64,000 bases of DNA from a virus (IMGVR_UViG_3300006056_000031:15911-79910); one strand, 5' to 3'; counted from the stretch's first letter, positions 45,184-54,683 are shown. Notes: a model not told the origin generated them from the sequence alone. Made by a program: numbers and translations.

Positions 45184-45930
45184 ATGAGTATATACAATGA
45201 AATTTATGGGCTCTGTGCCGCAAAAAATGTAGGTCCTATCTTCACCAATGGAAAGGAGCTTACCCCTAGGCTGGAGTTTATAGTGTCGCTTCTTGAAAAA
45301 GAGGGGATAGAATACGAGATCGATCGTTTCCCTGTCGATGAGAAAACGGATGGGTTCAACATCAATCTTTTAGGTAATTCGAATCAGTTTGTAGTTGCTC
45401 ATCATGATATAGTTAATCCAAAATCCGATAATGCAAATGATAATAGCTGTTCAGTTATTAATGCAATTGCACTTAAGAAATTGGTACCATCTATAAATGT
45501 ATCGATATTGGACGGCGAGGAGTATGGAGGATTTGGATCCAAGCATCTAAGCGAAAGAATTAATGCAGGAGATTTTGGTGATATTAAATGGGTACTTAAT
45601 TTCGAGTTAACCGGCAGAGGGGGTGAAGACTTCTTTATTGGCGACTACCCAGGGCCACTAACAGATCACATCCAATCCATCTTTGATTGTCCAATAGTTA
45701 GAACACCTTTCAATGATTCAGTTATTTTCAGAAAGAATGGTATAGATTCTGTTGTTATCAATCCATTACCTCCAACAGATAAGAAAACACCAGTTGTTTG
45801 TTCCGATGGGAGATGCTTAGATTTTGAAGTTCTATTTCTATGTCATAGAATGGAAGACTCTGTAGATAAGATATCACCTGCAGATATGAAGGCATTCGTT
45901 GAGAATATAGCCGCAAAAATAATTACATAA
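45184..45930 (+). CDS. M28/M20-like zinc peptidase fold protein
   Basis: VVAHHDIVNP...NANDNSCSVINAIAL...ILDGEEYGGFGS fits the co-catalytic metallopeptidase pattern H.D...D(N)..G..a.le.a...f.gaEE.G..GS. Confidence 0.45.
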   Translation: MSIYNEIYGLCAAKNVGPIFTNGKELTPRLEFIVSLLEKEGIEYEIDRFPVDEKTDGFNINLLGNSNQFVVAHHDIVNPKSDNANDNSCSVINAIALKKLVPSINVSILDGEEYGGFGSKHLSERINAGDFGDIKWVLNFELTGRGGEDFFIGDYPGPLTDHIQSIFDCPIVRTPFNDSVIFRKNGIDSVVINPLPPTDKKTPVVCSDGRCLDFEVLFLCHRMEDSVDKISPADMKAFVENIAAKIIT

Positions 45931-45931
45931 A

Positions 45932-46072
45932 ATGAAAACTTTTGAGAATATAAAAACATTTAAAACCTTCATACAAAAGATTGATGAAGACATGGAATTT
46001 CCTAAAAAATCAAAGGTTAAAAGGCCAAGGAAAGAGAAAATAGTAACAATCCCAGATTGGGGAACATACTAA
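45932..46072 (+). CDS. hypothetical small basic protein (46 aa)
   Basis: ATG two nt after the upstream stop. Followed by a terminator hairpin. Confidence 0.3.
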   Translation: MKTFENIKTFKTFIQKIDEDMEFPKKSKVKRPRKEKIVTIPDWGTY

Positions 46073-46073
46073 C

Positions 46074-46104
46074 AAAAAATCCGAATTTATTTCGGATTTT
46101 TTTT
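46074..46104 (+). terminator. rho-independent terminator
   Basis: AAAAATCCGAAAT-ttat-TTCGGATTTTTTTT. Confidence 0.65.
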
Positions 46105-46116
46105 GTGATTTATTTT

Positions 46117-46152
46117 TTTAATTCGAAATTTTGTCATATATTTGCATTCAAT
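46117..46152 (+). promoter_or_regulatory. phage promoter (-7 box 46137-46145)
   Basis: ttaattcgaaattttgtcatatatttgcattcaataa. Confidence 0.55.
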
Positions 46153-46178
46153 AATATTAACAATTAATAATTAAAAAA

Positions 46179-48095
46179 ATGCACGAACAAATTTCAAATT
46201 TATTAGGGTATGCTTGGTGGATTATTCCAATTCTAGCTGTACTATTTTACAAATTCACTCTCCGAGTATTCTTCGGTATGGTAATTATCCCAGAGGATAA
46301 AATTGGTCTAGTTACCAAAAAATTCGTACTTTTCGGATCAAACAAAACATTACCTGATGGTAAGATTATTGCTCTTAATGGAGAACCTGGATTTCAGGCC
46401 GACACATTAGCACCTGGATTATATTGGCTCTATTGGCCTTGGCAATTCACAATCGACCAATCTCCATTAACAGTTATACAAAAAGGAAAAATCGGAATAA
46501 TCACATCCAAGGACGGTGCTCAGCTTCCAACAGGGTCTATTTTAGCCAGACACGTTGATTGCGATAACTACCAGTCAGCTAGGGAATTCTTAACTAACGG
46601 AGGTCAACGTGGTAAGCAGGTTGGGTACCTTAACAATGGGGTTTACCGTATCAATAGACACATCTTTGAAATCTACGAGTCAGATATTACTTATATTGAA
46701 GACGGAATGGTTGGGGTAATAACTGCATTGGATGGTATACCTCTTAAAACCGGATCGATCGCAGGATCAACGGTGGAGGGGCATAACAACTTCCAGGATT
46801 TTGATAAATTCCTAGAAAACGGTGGACAAAGAGGACTTCAAGTTCAGGTCATCCAGGCAGGTTCGTATTCAATTAATCCTTGGGCAATAGAAATAGAGAA
46901 GAAGGAGATGACACAGATACCAATTGGTCACGTTGGAGTTGTTATATCTTATGTTGGAGACGAGGGAGTTGATACCACGGGAGAGGGATTTAAGCATGGG
47001 AATATCGTTCAGAAAGGACAAAAGGGTGTTTGTATTACGCCATTGGACCCAGGTAAATATGCAATCAATCCATACACCCACAAGATTGACTTGGTAGCCA
47101 CCACAAACATTGTTTTAAATTGGGCTGATTCAAAGAGTGAGTCACATAATCTTGACGAGGGTCTATGCACTATAACTGTTCGGTCAAAAGACGGTTTTAC
47201 TTTTAATCTCGATGTTGCTCAAATTATCCATATACCAGCATCGGAGGCACCTAAAGTTATTGCTAGATTTGGATCCGTTCCGAATTTAGTTTCGCAAATT
47301 CTACAACCAACAATAGGTAATTACTTTAGAAATTCAGCACAGGATTCCGATGTTATTTCATTTCTAAACGATCGTCAGAAAAGACAGAATGCAGCAAAGA
47401 GTGAGATTAAAAGGGTTCTTGATGAATATAATATTCATTCGGTGGATACACTGATAGGTGACATTACACCACCTGAAACTCTAATGAAAACATTAACAGA
47501 TCGTAAAATTGCACAGGAAGAGGAGGTAACATTCGAGACTCAGAAAAAAGCACAAGATCAACGTAAAACCCTTGAATCAGCAAAAGCCTTGGCTAACATG
47601 CAAGGAGAAATGGTAAGTGCCCAGCAATCGGTTGAGATCTCTCAAAGAAAAGCGGAGGCTGAAGTTAAGAGATCAGAAGGGGAAGCTAAAGCTATCGAAA
47701 TCAAAGCTGGAGCGGAGGCAAAAGCAAAAGAGTTAATGGCAAAAGCAGATGCTACTCAAATCGAAGTAACAGGTAAGGCTGAGGCTTCTAAGATTGAAGC
47801 TATCGGTAGAGCGACAGCAGAAGCTTACGAGAAACAAGTTCAAGCGATGGGTGCTGATAACTTCGGACAATTAAAAGTTGTTGAGTCAATCGGTGTTAAC
47901 AACATCAAGATCATTCCGGAAATTCTTATCACTGGTAGCGGTGATGGTGGTAATGGACCAATCTCAGGATTGCTTGGGATGGAATTACTAAACCAGGTTA
48001 ACGCTAGAAAAGCTACTACTGAGGTTAAGGAAACTCCAGAGGTAACTCCATCAAGTCCAATTAGTCAGGAAGGACCTAAAAGAGGTAACAAATAA
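46179..48095 (+). CDS. large membrane-anchored protein with internal triplicated module and Ala/Glu/Lys-rich coiled coil (flotillin/SPFH-like architecture)
   Basis: N-terminal TM segment WWIIPILAVLFYKF. Three repeats of (I/V)G(I/V)(I/V)T..DG..L.TGSI, each followed by FL.NGGQRG.Q. C-terminal AEAEVKRSEGEAKAIEIKAGAEAKAKELMAKADAT... resembles bacterial flotillin EA-repeat coiled coils. Confidence 0.45.
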   Translation: MHEQISNLLGYAWWIIPILAVLFYKFTLRVFFGMVIIPEDKIGLVTKKFVLFGSNKTLPDGKIIALNGEPGFQADTLAPGLYWLYWPWQFTIDQSPLTVIQKGKIGIITSKDGAQLPTGSILARHVDCDNYQSAREFLTNGGQRGKQVGYLNNGVYRINRHIFEIYESDITYIEDGMVGVITALDGIPLKTGSIAGSTVEGHNNFQDFDKFLENGGQRGLQVQVIQAGSYSINPWAIEIEKKEMTQIPIGHVGVVISYVGDEGVDTTGEGFKHGNIVQKGQKGVCITPLDPGKYAINPYTHKIDLVATTNIVLNWADSKSESHNLDEGLCTITVRSKDGFTFNLDVAQIIHIPASEAPKVIARFGSVPNLVSQILQPTIGNYFRNSAQDSDVISFLNDRQKRQNAAKSEIKRVLDEYNIHSVDTLIGDITPPETLMKTLTDRKIAQEEEVTFETQKKAQDQRKTLESAKALANMQGEMVSAQQSVEISQRKAEAEVKRSEGEAKAIEIKAGAEAKAKELMAKADATQIEVTGKAEASKIEAIGRATAEAYEKQVQAMGADNFGQLKVVESIGVNNIKIIPEILITGSGDGGNGPISGLLGMELLNQVNARKATTEVKETPEVTPSSPISQEGPKRGNK

Positions 48096-48111
48096 TACCT
48101 GAACATATATG

Positions 48112-48141
48112 CAAAACCCGTGAGTAATCACGGGTTTTTTT
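48112..48141 (+). terminator. rho-independent terminator after the flotillin-like gene
   Basis: AAACCCGTGA-gtaa-TCACGGGTTTTTTT. Confidence 0.7.
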
Positions 48142-48157
48142 ATGAAACAAAATAGCT

Positions 48158-49240
48158 TTGCTGTGTATAAATTCTAAAGAATTAATTATGGCCAAATCAG
48201 AAAATCTTATAGGTAAAAGATTTGGAAAATTGTTGGTGTTAAATAAGAAAAATATTGACAAGAAAATATTATGGGAATGTAGATGCGAGTGTGGATCTAT
48301 GTTGCTAATAAGAACCAGCAGATTAATAGGAGCGGATAAGCATAGTGATAAATGCATTGATTGCACGGGAATATTATGGAATAAAAATGAAATAGATTAC
48401 CTAGTTGAAAATTACAAATTAATGGAAACTGTGGAAATAGCAAATAATATTAAAAGAACTATTAAAGCAATAAGCTCGAAAGCAAAAAAATTGGGTCTGA
48501 AGAAGGATGTTTCATTAATTAGTAATAGAATAATAAAAAGTAATAAGTTAAGGACAAGGGACATAAATATAGATTCACTGATTAAAATAGCATCAAAATT
48601 TATAACCAAGAGGGAATTTAGGGAAAGTGATAATTATGCTTACAGAAGGGCAAAGGAGATCGGATTCAATTTAATATGTCCACATATTATGGATATTTCA
48701 TATAGTTTACCTCAGTGCATACTATATGAAATATTATACGAATTACTAAAGTCAACCATTTATATGAATGATAGGAAAATAATAAAACCATATGAGCTAG
48801 ATTTATATATCCCATTATATAATATAGCATTTGAGTATGATGGAAGTTATTGGCATGCTAATGAATCAGCCAAAGAAAATGACAAAAACAAGGAAAATCT
48901 TTGCATTATCTCAGGGATTAATTTATTCAGAATAAAGGAAAAATCTAAAAACTATGTGGAGGATATAAAAAATCAACTAGTAGAAATTTTAGATGATTTA
49001 AACTTATTAACAAATAAAAAAATAACAAGAAAAGAAATATTGGATATTCGTATAGATTCGGATTTTATCAGAGATAAACACCACATGATATTTTTTTCTT
49101 ATAAATCCCTACATGAATTCACTAAGGAAAATTATTCACTATACAGAAAGCTAAAAAAGCATAATTTAGTCGAAAAATATTGCTCACACATGGAATATGA
49201 TTTACCGCCTAATATGAAACCACCATATATTAAAATATAA
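48158..49240 (+). CDS. putative homing endonuclease (N-terminal Cys-cluster DNA-binding region + C-terminal Vsr/PD-(D/E)XK-like nuclease)
   Basis: N-terminal GKRFGKLLVL..........WECRCECGS......L. C-terminal ELDLYIPLYNIAFEYDGSYWH resembles the D-x(n)-(F/Y)xDGxxWH core of Vsr-like endonuclease domains. Confidence 0.45.
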   Translation: MLCINSKELIMAKSENLIGKRFGKLLVLNKKNIDKKILWECRCECGSMLLIRTSRLIGADKHSDKCIDCTGILWNKNEIDYLVENYKLMETVEIANNIKRTIKAISSKAKKLGLKKDVSLISNRIIKSNKLRTRDINIDSLIKIASKFITKREFRESDNYAYRRAKEIGFNLICPHIMDISYSLPQCILYEILYELLKSTIYMNDRKIIKPYELDLYIPLYNIAFEYDGSYWHANESAKENDKNKENLCIISGINLFRIKEKSKNYVEDIKNQLVEILDDLNLLTNKKITRKEILDIRIDSDFIRDKHHMIFFSYKSLHEFTKENYSLYRKLKKHNLVEKYCSHMEYDLPPNMKPPYIKI

Positions 49241-49256
49241 ATAAAAAAAATAAAAA

Positions 49257-50165
49257 ATGAGTGAGATTAAAAAACATATATCTGTATCACAGGTGGACAG
49301 TGGACATGGGATATTAACTTACCTGGCCACAGAATTAAAGGATACACCTAGCGAAGACGGATTTCCAGAAATCGGAGTAACAACAAAAACAAAACTTGTT
49401 GAACTAGAGACATATCGGGTTAAATCAACAGTCAATAACGAACAGATACAAGATCTTGATGCACTCCATGGTATTGATGCTATGACAATGATTGAATCCG
49501 CCCTTAGAGGAGAATCCAGTACAGGTCAAGAAAAGCAGATTTATAAAAAAATGAAATTGCTTGGCTATGAATCAAACAGAAAGCTATGGACAAAAATCCA
49601 AAATCTTGCCAATAAATGGACAGGGTATATTCCAATGGTTGATGTATCAAAGAATGGGGAATTAGTAAGAAAGGTACTACTTTTATCCTATCAAATAGCG
49701 GCTGCTTCGAGAATTGGACCAGCAAACTTTGTTATAATAGGTCCCGGATTATTACCGCATTTCTCCGACAGCGAAGGATTCAGTCCGATTGAACATGATT
49801 CATCAATGGGACAGAGAGGACTATCAGGATTAATCTATAAATGCGGGGTATACAGGGGAAAAATTGAAATCCTAGTAAATCCAAATCTTAACTGGAAGGA
49901 TAAAAGAGTGGTTATAGGTAGAAATAACGGACCGATGAATGAAGGAATATTTCTAGTTGAGCATTCAGAGGGCGAGGGTTTCAATAGAAGTGAAAGAGTA
50001 AACCATGCTTCTCTTACAACCGAGGTTGATATTACATTAATAAAAAGATATGGTCTAGTTCACACACAAAACGCATCAAAAAATTACATAACGATAACTT
50101 GTACTGATAAAAAACATAATATCATCACGCATATTATAGATCGGTACTTTAAAAAGAAAAAATAA
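49257..50165 (+). CDS. hypothetical protein
   Basis: ORF of 302 aa. Confidence 0.5.
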   Translation: MSEIKKHISVSQVDSGHGILTYLATELKDTPSEDGFPEIGVTTKTKLVELETYRVKSTVNNEQIQDLDALHGIDAMTMIESALRGESSTGQEKQIYKKMKLLGYESNRKLWTKIQNLANKWTGYIPMVDVSKNGELVRKVLLLSYQIAAASRIGPANFVIIGPGLLPHFSDSEGFSPIEHDSSMGQRGLSGLIYKCGVYRGKIEILVNPNLNWKDKRVVIGRNNGPMNEGIFLVEHSEGEGFNRSERVNHASLTTEVDITLIKRYGLVHTQNASKNYITITCTDKKHNIITHIIDRYFKKKK

Positions 50166-50629
50166 TGGTTAGTTTATATTCTTCAATCCTTTGGGATAAA
50201 ATGGGTCACGATCACAAAGAATTCAAAATACACGAGAAAGAATTTCCGGAGATATTTGCAGAATTCAAAAAGTATATAGAGGAAAAAGGATCTGATCAAT
50301 TCTTTAATGACGTCAAGGAATTAGACGGTATAGTGGGGGAAACTAGCGAGTTCAGTTACTACGATGGACAGATCTATGAACACAAGACACACACCAATGA
50401 AAGCAACATCAAGGATCCGGAGGATTGGGAGGAGGGAAAGAGAAATGGTTATAAGGAGATCCGAATGATCTTCCATGAATCGGAAGTTCTCCCATCAGTT
50501 CTAAGACTCATGATGGAATTTCTAGGTCCGGATGAGGTTTCTTTTCTTGCAGATGTTCATAGAGAATACTATAAAAACAAGAAAGATGTAGCTGTTGAGG
50601 ATTGCCAATTGAAACCCAATGATGAATAA
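50165..50629 (+). CDS. hypothetical acidic protein
   Basis: ORF of 154 aa. Confidence 0.5.
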   Translation: MVSLYSSILWDKMGHDHKEFKIHEKEFPEIFAEFKKYIEEKGSDQFFNDVKELDGIVGETSEFSYYDGQIYEHKTHTNESNIKDPEDWEEGKRNGYKEIRMIFHESEVLPSVLRLMMEFLGPDEVSFLADVHREYYKNKKDVAVEDCQLKPNDE

Positions 50630-51188
50630 TAAAACTTACGTTTTACATTCTGGTGGAGCAATAGGAGCGGATATCACATGGGAAATCATCGGACGTCGTT
50701 TTGGTCTAAGAGAATTCAATCATTATTTTATAGATGGATATAAAACAACGAAGGGTAATGCATCAATAAAGATGTCAGATAAGCTAGAAAAGATAATTGA
50801 TTCGGATCTTATTAAAGCAAATAAAACTCTGAAAAGGAAATACCCAACCAGAAATGCTTATGTTAATAATCTTCTGAGAAGAAATTGGTTTCAGGTTAAT
50901 AAATCTGATTCTGTTTTTGCAATATCGAGAATAGAAAACAATCTAGTAAGTGGAGGAACAGGCTGGGCAGTTCAGATGGCAATTGATAAAGAAATGCCAG
51001 TTTTTGTTTTCTGTCAATTAGTCAAAGAATGGCACACATATTCTTCAGGATCTTGGGTAATTATAGAAACTCCAAAATTGACCGAAAATTTTGCAGGCGT
51101 AGGTACAAGGGAGATAGACGAATCAGGAATAAAGGCCATCGAGGATGTTTATAATAAAACCTTCGGGGTAAAAAAAGCTGAAGAATAA
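50619..51188 (+). CDS. SLOG-superfamily (DprA/LOG/YpsA-like Rossmann) protein, tentative
   Basis: YVLHSGGAIGADITWEI resembles the DprA/SMF GG.A.G.D motif. A later SGGTGWAVQMAIDKEMPVFVF is consistent with the SLOG fold. Confidence 0.35.
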   Translation: MMNNKTYVLHSGGAIGADITWEIIGRRFGLREFNHYFIDGYKTTKGNASIKMSDKLEKIIDSDLIKANKTLKRKYPTRNAYVNNLLRRNWFQVNKSDSVFAISRIENNLVSGGTGWAVQMAIDKEMPVFVFCQLVKEWHTYSSGSWVIIETPKLTENFAGVGTREIDESGIKAIEDVYNKTFGVKKAEE

Positions 51189-51203
51189 ATCTTCAGCTTT
51201 TTT
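51172..51203. terminator. bidirectional terminator between convergent genes
   Basis: AAAAAAGCTGAAG-aataaat-CTTCAGCTTTTTT. The stop codon of the + gene lies in the loop. Confidence 0.55.
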
Positions 51204-51510
51204 AATTTGCAAATGGTTTTCCTACTGATGCGTATCCAGGTTGTCCTAGCATCTCCTTCAACATACTCTGACATTCCTTTATATACCCTTCATATGTGTG
51301 TTCCTCGTCCATATCATTATGATATTCGTTAGCCTCGTCCATTAAATGCTTTTCGCAAAGTTTTTTCATTTTGGTTATTGCTTTTTCACTCATACATGAT
51401 TGTTTCTGTGAATCAGCATCCCAATTTTCACCAACGTAATCGTTGAATCTTTCGTAACTTTTAATATTTTCCATTTTATTTAGTTTGATTTGAATCCGAT
51501 GGGGTTTCAT
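51202..51510 (-). CDS. hypothetical acidic protein
   Basis: 102 aa on the minus strand, convergent with the 50619 gene across a bidirectional hairpin. Confidence 0.45.
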   Translation of the reverse strand: MKPHRIQIKLNKMENIKSYERFNDYVGENWDADSQKQSCMSEKAITKMKKLCEKHLMDEANEYHNDMDEEHTYEGYIKECQSMLKEMLGQPGYASVGKPFAN

Positions 51511-51742
51511 CCTTACCCTTATATTTTAATGCAAGTATTTTTTCAATAACGCTTAATCCCAATCCCCCACCTGCTATAAGGCAAAGAGAATCATACATAA
51601 ATTCCGGTGTTACTCCATCCTCTGATCTGAATGTAGCAATATAAGCTAGTATCACAATATTAATTAGCACAAAAATGGAAGCAATTCTTTTCGAAGAAAC
51701 CTCATTATTGCTAGAAAACATGTCTATCAGAAATTTTTTCAT
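51476..51742 (-). CDS. small two-TM membrane protein (holin-like)
   Basis: 88 aa with two hydrophobic segments (IASIFVLINIVILAYIATF, SLCLIAGGGLGLSVIEKILA) and a charged C-terminus. Confidence 0.4.
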   Translation of the reverse strand: MKKFLIDMFSSNNEVSSKRIASIFVLINIVILAYIATFRSEDGVTPEFMYDSLCLIAGGGLGLSVIEKILALKYKGKDETPSDSNQTK

Positions 51743-51777
51743 GTCGCTAATTTTTTATTCTATATATCTTTATTTGT

Positions 51778-52206
51778 TTGAATATATACAGTATGGAAAA
51801 CATATTAAACTTCAATTCATTCATAAATGAAAATCAAATGGCAGACCCACAGGATTGGGTTGAAGGTGGTATATTACTTGTTAGGGGTTTAACCATCAAC
51901 GATATAACTAGAATGTACGCATTTAAAATTAAAAAGATAACATCAGCAGGTGGTGGTAGGATGGCTCATTTAGATTTCCAACCTTACAGAATAGCAAAAC
52001 AAGACGGTAACTTTAAAGCCGTATCTATAGTTTCTGATCCGTCCCACATAAAGAAAAATATTGGACTTAATGGTCCTAGAATAATGTTAAATGCAAAAAA
52101 TGGAAAAACCCCATTGTGGAGAGAATCCGTTTTAGAAAGGAATTTTAAAAAATTCCTGAATGATAATGCATCGATATTAGATTCATGGAAAGATATAACT
52201 TATTAA
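51778..52206 (+). CDS. hypothetical protein
   Basis: ORF of 142 aa. Confidence 0.5.
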   Translation: MNIYSMENILNFNSFINENQMADPQDWVEGGILLVRGLTINDITRMYAFKIKKITSAGGGRMAHLDFQPYRIAKQDGNFKAVSIVSDPSHIKKNIGLNGPRIMLNAKNGKTPLWRESVLERNFKKFLNDNASILDSWKDITY

Positions 52207-52437
52207 ATGAAAAACTTACAATTATTTGAGGATTACTCAATATCTTCAGCTTACGGAACAACAACCCTTGACAAATTCATGGCCCTAAAGAGAGGGGATA
52301 AGGTTAAATATATGGGAGATCGCTATATAGTAGAAGAACCTGGTGAATTTGATGTGCTTCTAAGAAGTGAGGATGTTGAAGATGGTGAAATAAGAATCAA
52401 CTACAACATGTTCAAAGCAAAGGGAATGATCGACTAG
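52207..52437 (+). CDS. hypothetical protein
   Basis: ORF of 76 aa. Confidence 0.45.
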   Translation: MKNLQLFEDYSISSAYGTTTLDKFMALKRGDKVKYMGDRYIVEEPGEFDVLLRSEDVEDGEIRINYNMFKAKGMID

Positions 52438-52997
52438 GATAACAGATCCTTAAGAACCCATTCCGTTCTATCTTCTATGGGAATAACTGAGAGATCAACA
52501 TATGGTATTCTTTCAAGTTCCAAATAGTTTTTAATTATGGAATCCAATCTAATTATTTCCTCCTTATTGTGGAACCTTATTCCATCGTTCTCATCGTCCT
52601 CCAAGAATGGAGGAACATAGTAGATCTTATGCCACTGGCTCAGAGACTTAAGTATCTCTTTTTGTATATGGTTAATAGTTGCAATATCTTTAAGTGATAA
52701 CTGGTTTCCAAAGAGGGATCTGAAATAAAAGTAATTTAAGATTGTACTCGAATCACACACTATCCATTCCTTAGAACCAACATACATTCTTTCCCTTCCG
52801 AGCTGCTTATAGAATATGACTAATTGATCCGTCGGTGTGTCCGGTATTCCCCATTCAGCTATGTAATCGGTTGCAGCTTCACCAACAAATATGGAGTTTT
52901 TCTTTCTAATCTTAAGTCTATAGTGAACAGATGTTGCTAATGTTGATTTTCCGGACATCGGTGAACCTATTATACTAATAAGCTTAGAATCTCTCAT
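52434..52997 (-). CDS. P-loop NTPase (nucleoside/nucleotide kinase-like, AAA_28/NadR-kinase-like)
   Basis: Walker A KLISIIGSPMSGKSTLA near the N-terminus if translation starts at the internal Met (MRDSKLISIIG...). Downstream DxxG-like and ...VPPFLEDDENDGIRF.. regions. The longer ORF to 53171 adds a low-complexity hydrophobic leader and overlaps the divergent gene. Confidence 0.45.
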   Translation of the reverse strand: MRDSKLISIIGSPMSGKSTLATSVHYRLKIRKKNSIFVGEAATDYIAEWGIPDTPTDQLVIFYKQLGRERMYVGSKEWIVCDSSTILNYFYFRSLFGNQLSLKDIATINHIQKEILKSLSQWHKIYYVPPFLEDDENDGIRFHNKEEIIRLDSIIKNYLELERIPYVDLSVIPIEDRTEWVLKDLLS

Positions 52998-53112
52998 TTT
53001 CTGTAATTTATGTGTTATTAATTTTATCAAAAAAATCAATAATGTTTCGGTTTCATTACCATTATTGGAGCTCTTTCTTGTGGACAGATATATAGATAAA
53101 AATAAATATAAT

Positions 53113-54036
53113 ATGCTAAGCGAAGATAAAATATCTGCATATATTAGGGAAAATATAGAATTCACATCCAAAAAAACTATGTGCGAATTTTTAAGTATTC
53201 ACAGGAGAACCCTTGATAAAATAATAAAAAAGAATAACATACCTGACGATAGAATCTATAGGTACTGTCCATCCTGCAACAATAAGATCTATCACGTAAA
53301 CAAAACTGAGAGAGAAAGACGCGAGAGCAGAAATTGTATAAAATGCAGCAGACCTGATATCAGGGGAGAAAAAAATCCATTCTTCGGTAAACATCACACA
53401 GACGGGATGAAAAAATTCTATCATGATATCCACAAGGGTAAAAGATATTCACCAGAGACTGAATTTAAGAAGGGGTCAGCGGGAAATCCAGTAAGCAATC
53501 ATGATTCATGGGTCAAAAAATACGGGAAGGATATAGCTGATATAAAAAACGAGGCTTTTAAACTAAAAACATCAATAAATAATTCAGGGGAGGGGAATCC
53601 TATGTATGGAAAGCCAGCACCAATTGGATCTGGTAATGGTTGGTCTGGATGGTATAAGGGATGGTATTTTAGAAGCCTATTGGAGCTATCCTATATGATC
53701 TTTGTTATAGAAAGATTTAATATTAAATGGGAGACAGGAGAGTCTAAGAAAAATAAAATTGAATATCAGTATGATGGTGTCATTAAAAATTATTTTCCTG
53801 ACTTTATACTAAATGAAAAATATGTAATTGAATGTAAACCTAAAAAATTGCAGAATAGTGAAATCAATAAAATAAAAATGGAATATGCTAAATACTATTG
53901 CGAATCCAGAGGACTCGTTCTGAAGATAAGAGACTGCAGAAAAATTAAAAAGCAAGAACTTATCGAATTATACAAATCAGGAAATGTTAGATTTATAGAA
54001 AAATATGAATTAAAAATAAATGAAATAATTCCTTAA
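53113..54036 (+). CDS. putative homing endonuclease (Cys-cluster + NUMOD3-like repeats + PD-(D/E)XK nuclease)
   Basis: CPSCNN...C.KCS zinc-ribbon-like. GEKNPFFGKHHTDG and GEGNPMYGKPAP are NUMOD3-like repeats. C-terminal YFPDFILNEKYVIECKPKK fits PD-(D/E)xK. Start chosen at the internal ATG 53113. Confidence 0.5.
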   Translation: MLSEDKISAYIRENIEFTSKKTMCEFLSIHRRTLDKIIKKNNIPDDRIYRYCPSCNNKIYHVNKTERERRESRNCIKCSRPDIRGEKNPFFGKHHTDGMKKFYHDIHKGKRYSPETEFKKGSAGNPVSNHDSWVKKYGKDIADIKNEAFKLKTSINNSGEGNPMYGKPAPIGSGNGWSGWYKGWYFRSLLELSYMIFVIERFNIKWETGESKKNKIEYQYDGVIKNYFPDFILNEKYVIECKPKKLQNSEINKIKMEYAKYYCESRGLVLKIRDCRKIKKQELIELYKSGNVRFIEKYELKINEIIP

Positions 54037-54039
54037 ATA

Positions 54040-54070
54040 TTTTTTTATGTTGAATCTTTTCCATATATTT
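54040..54070 (+). promoter_or_regulatory. phage promoter (-7 box 54054-54062)
   Basis: ttgaatcttttccatatatttgccctataat. Confidence 0.5.
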
Positions 54071-54113
54071 GCCCTATAATTAATAACAACAATTAAAATT
54101 AAAAAACACAAAA

Positions 54114-54671
54114 ATGGACACTAGCAAAATTATCAAGTTTGGTATTATTGGTTTGGTACTTATCGTGATCTTCGGATTATTCTCGAGCGTTATTTCAACA
54201 AGCAACGATGAGGTAGATTTAAGAAATCGATTCAAACAAAAAATGGACGAGCGTACAGCTTTCTACGACAAAATGTGGAAAACTATCTCTCAGAAATCAC
54301 AAATCGCTGTTAAGAATGACAGTTCATTCGTTCGTAACGTTAACATTATTATGTCAGGACGTAAGGACGCACAAGGACTTGTTATGAAATGGGTACAAGA
54401 ATCCAATCCAAATGCAAACTTCGATCAAGTATCAGCTTTATATGCGGATCTTAGCCGTACTATAGAGGGCCAGAGAGATGGTTTCTTCATGCAGGAGAAA
54501 ATGATTATGGATATTGTATTAGCACATGATAACATCATGACCAAATTCCCATCAGGATTTATTCTTTCCAGCTTTATGGGTAGAACCAGATTAACCTATA
54601 AGCCAATCACGTCGGATCGAACAGACGATGTCATAAAAACTGGCAAGGACAACGACACAAAAGTATTTTAA
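54114..54671 (+). CDS. membrane-anchored protein, paralog family B
   Basis: N-terminal TM segment IIKFGIIGLVLIVIFGLFSSVIS. YDKMWKTIS....NDSSF...IIMSGRKDAQGLVMKWVQESNPNANFDQVSALYADLS..IEGQRDGF.....FP.....R.TYKP.TSDRTDDVIKTG aligns along its length with the 60519 ORF. Confidence 0.5.
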   Translation: MDTSKIIKFGIIGLVLIVIFGLFSSVISTSNDEVDLRNRFKQKMDERTAFYDKMWKTISQKSQIAVKNDSSFVRNVNIIMSGRKDAQGLVMKWVQESNPNANFDQVSALYADLSRTIEGQRDGFFMQEKMIMDIVLAHDNIMTKFPSGFILSSFMGRTRLTYKPITSDRTDDVIKTGKDNDTKVF

Positions 54672-54683
54672 TAAAAACAAATC

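Noticed and set aside
53065-53112. Longer N-terminal extension of the homing-endonuclease-like ORF (start at 53065) and of the P-loop ORF (to 53171)
   Set aside because: The two extensions overlap each other by more than 100 nt on opposite strands and encode low-complexity sequence. Internal ATGs give a clean divergent arrangement with an intergenic promoter region.
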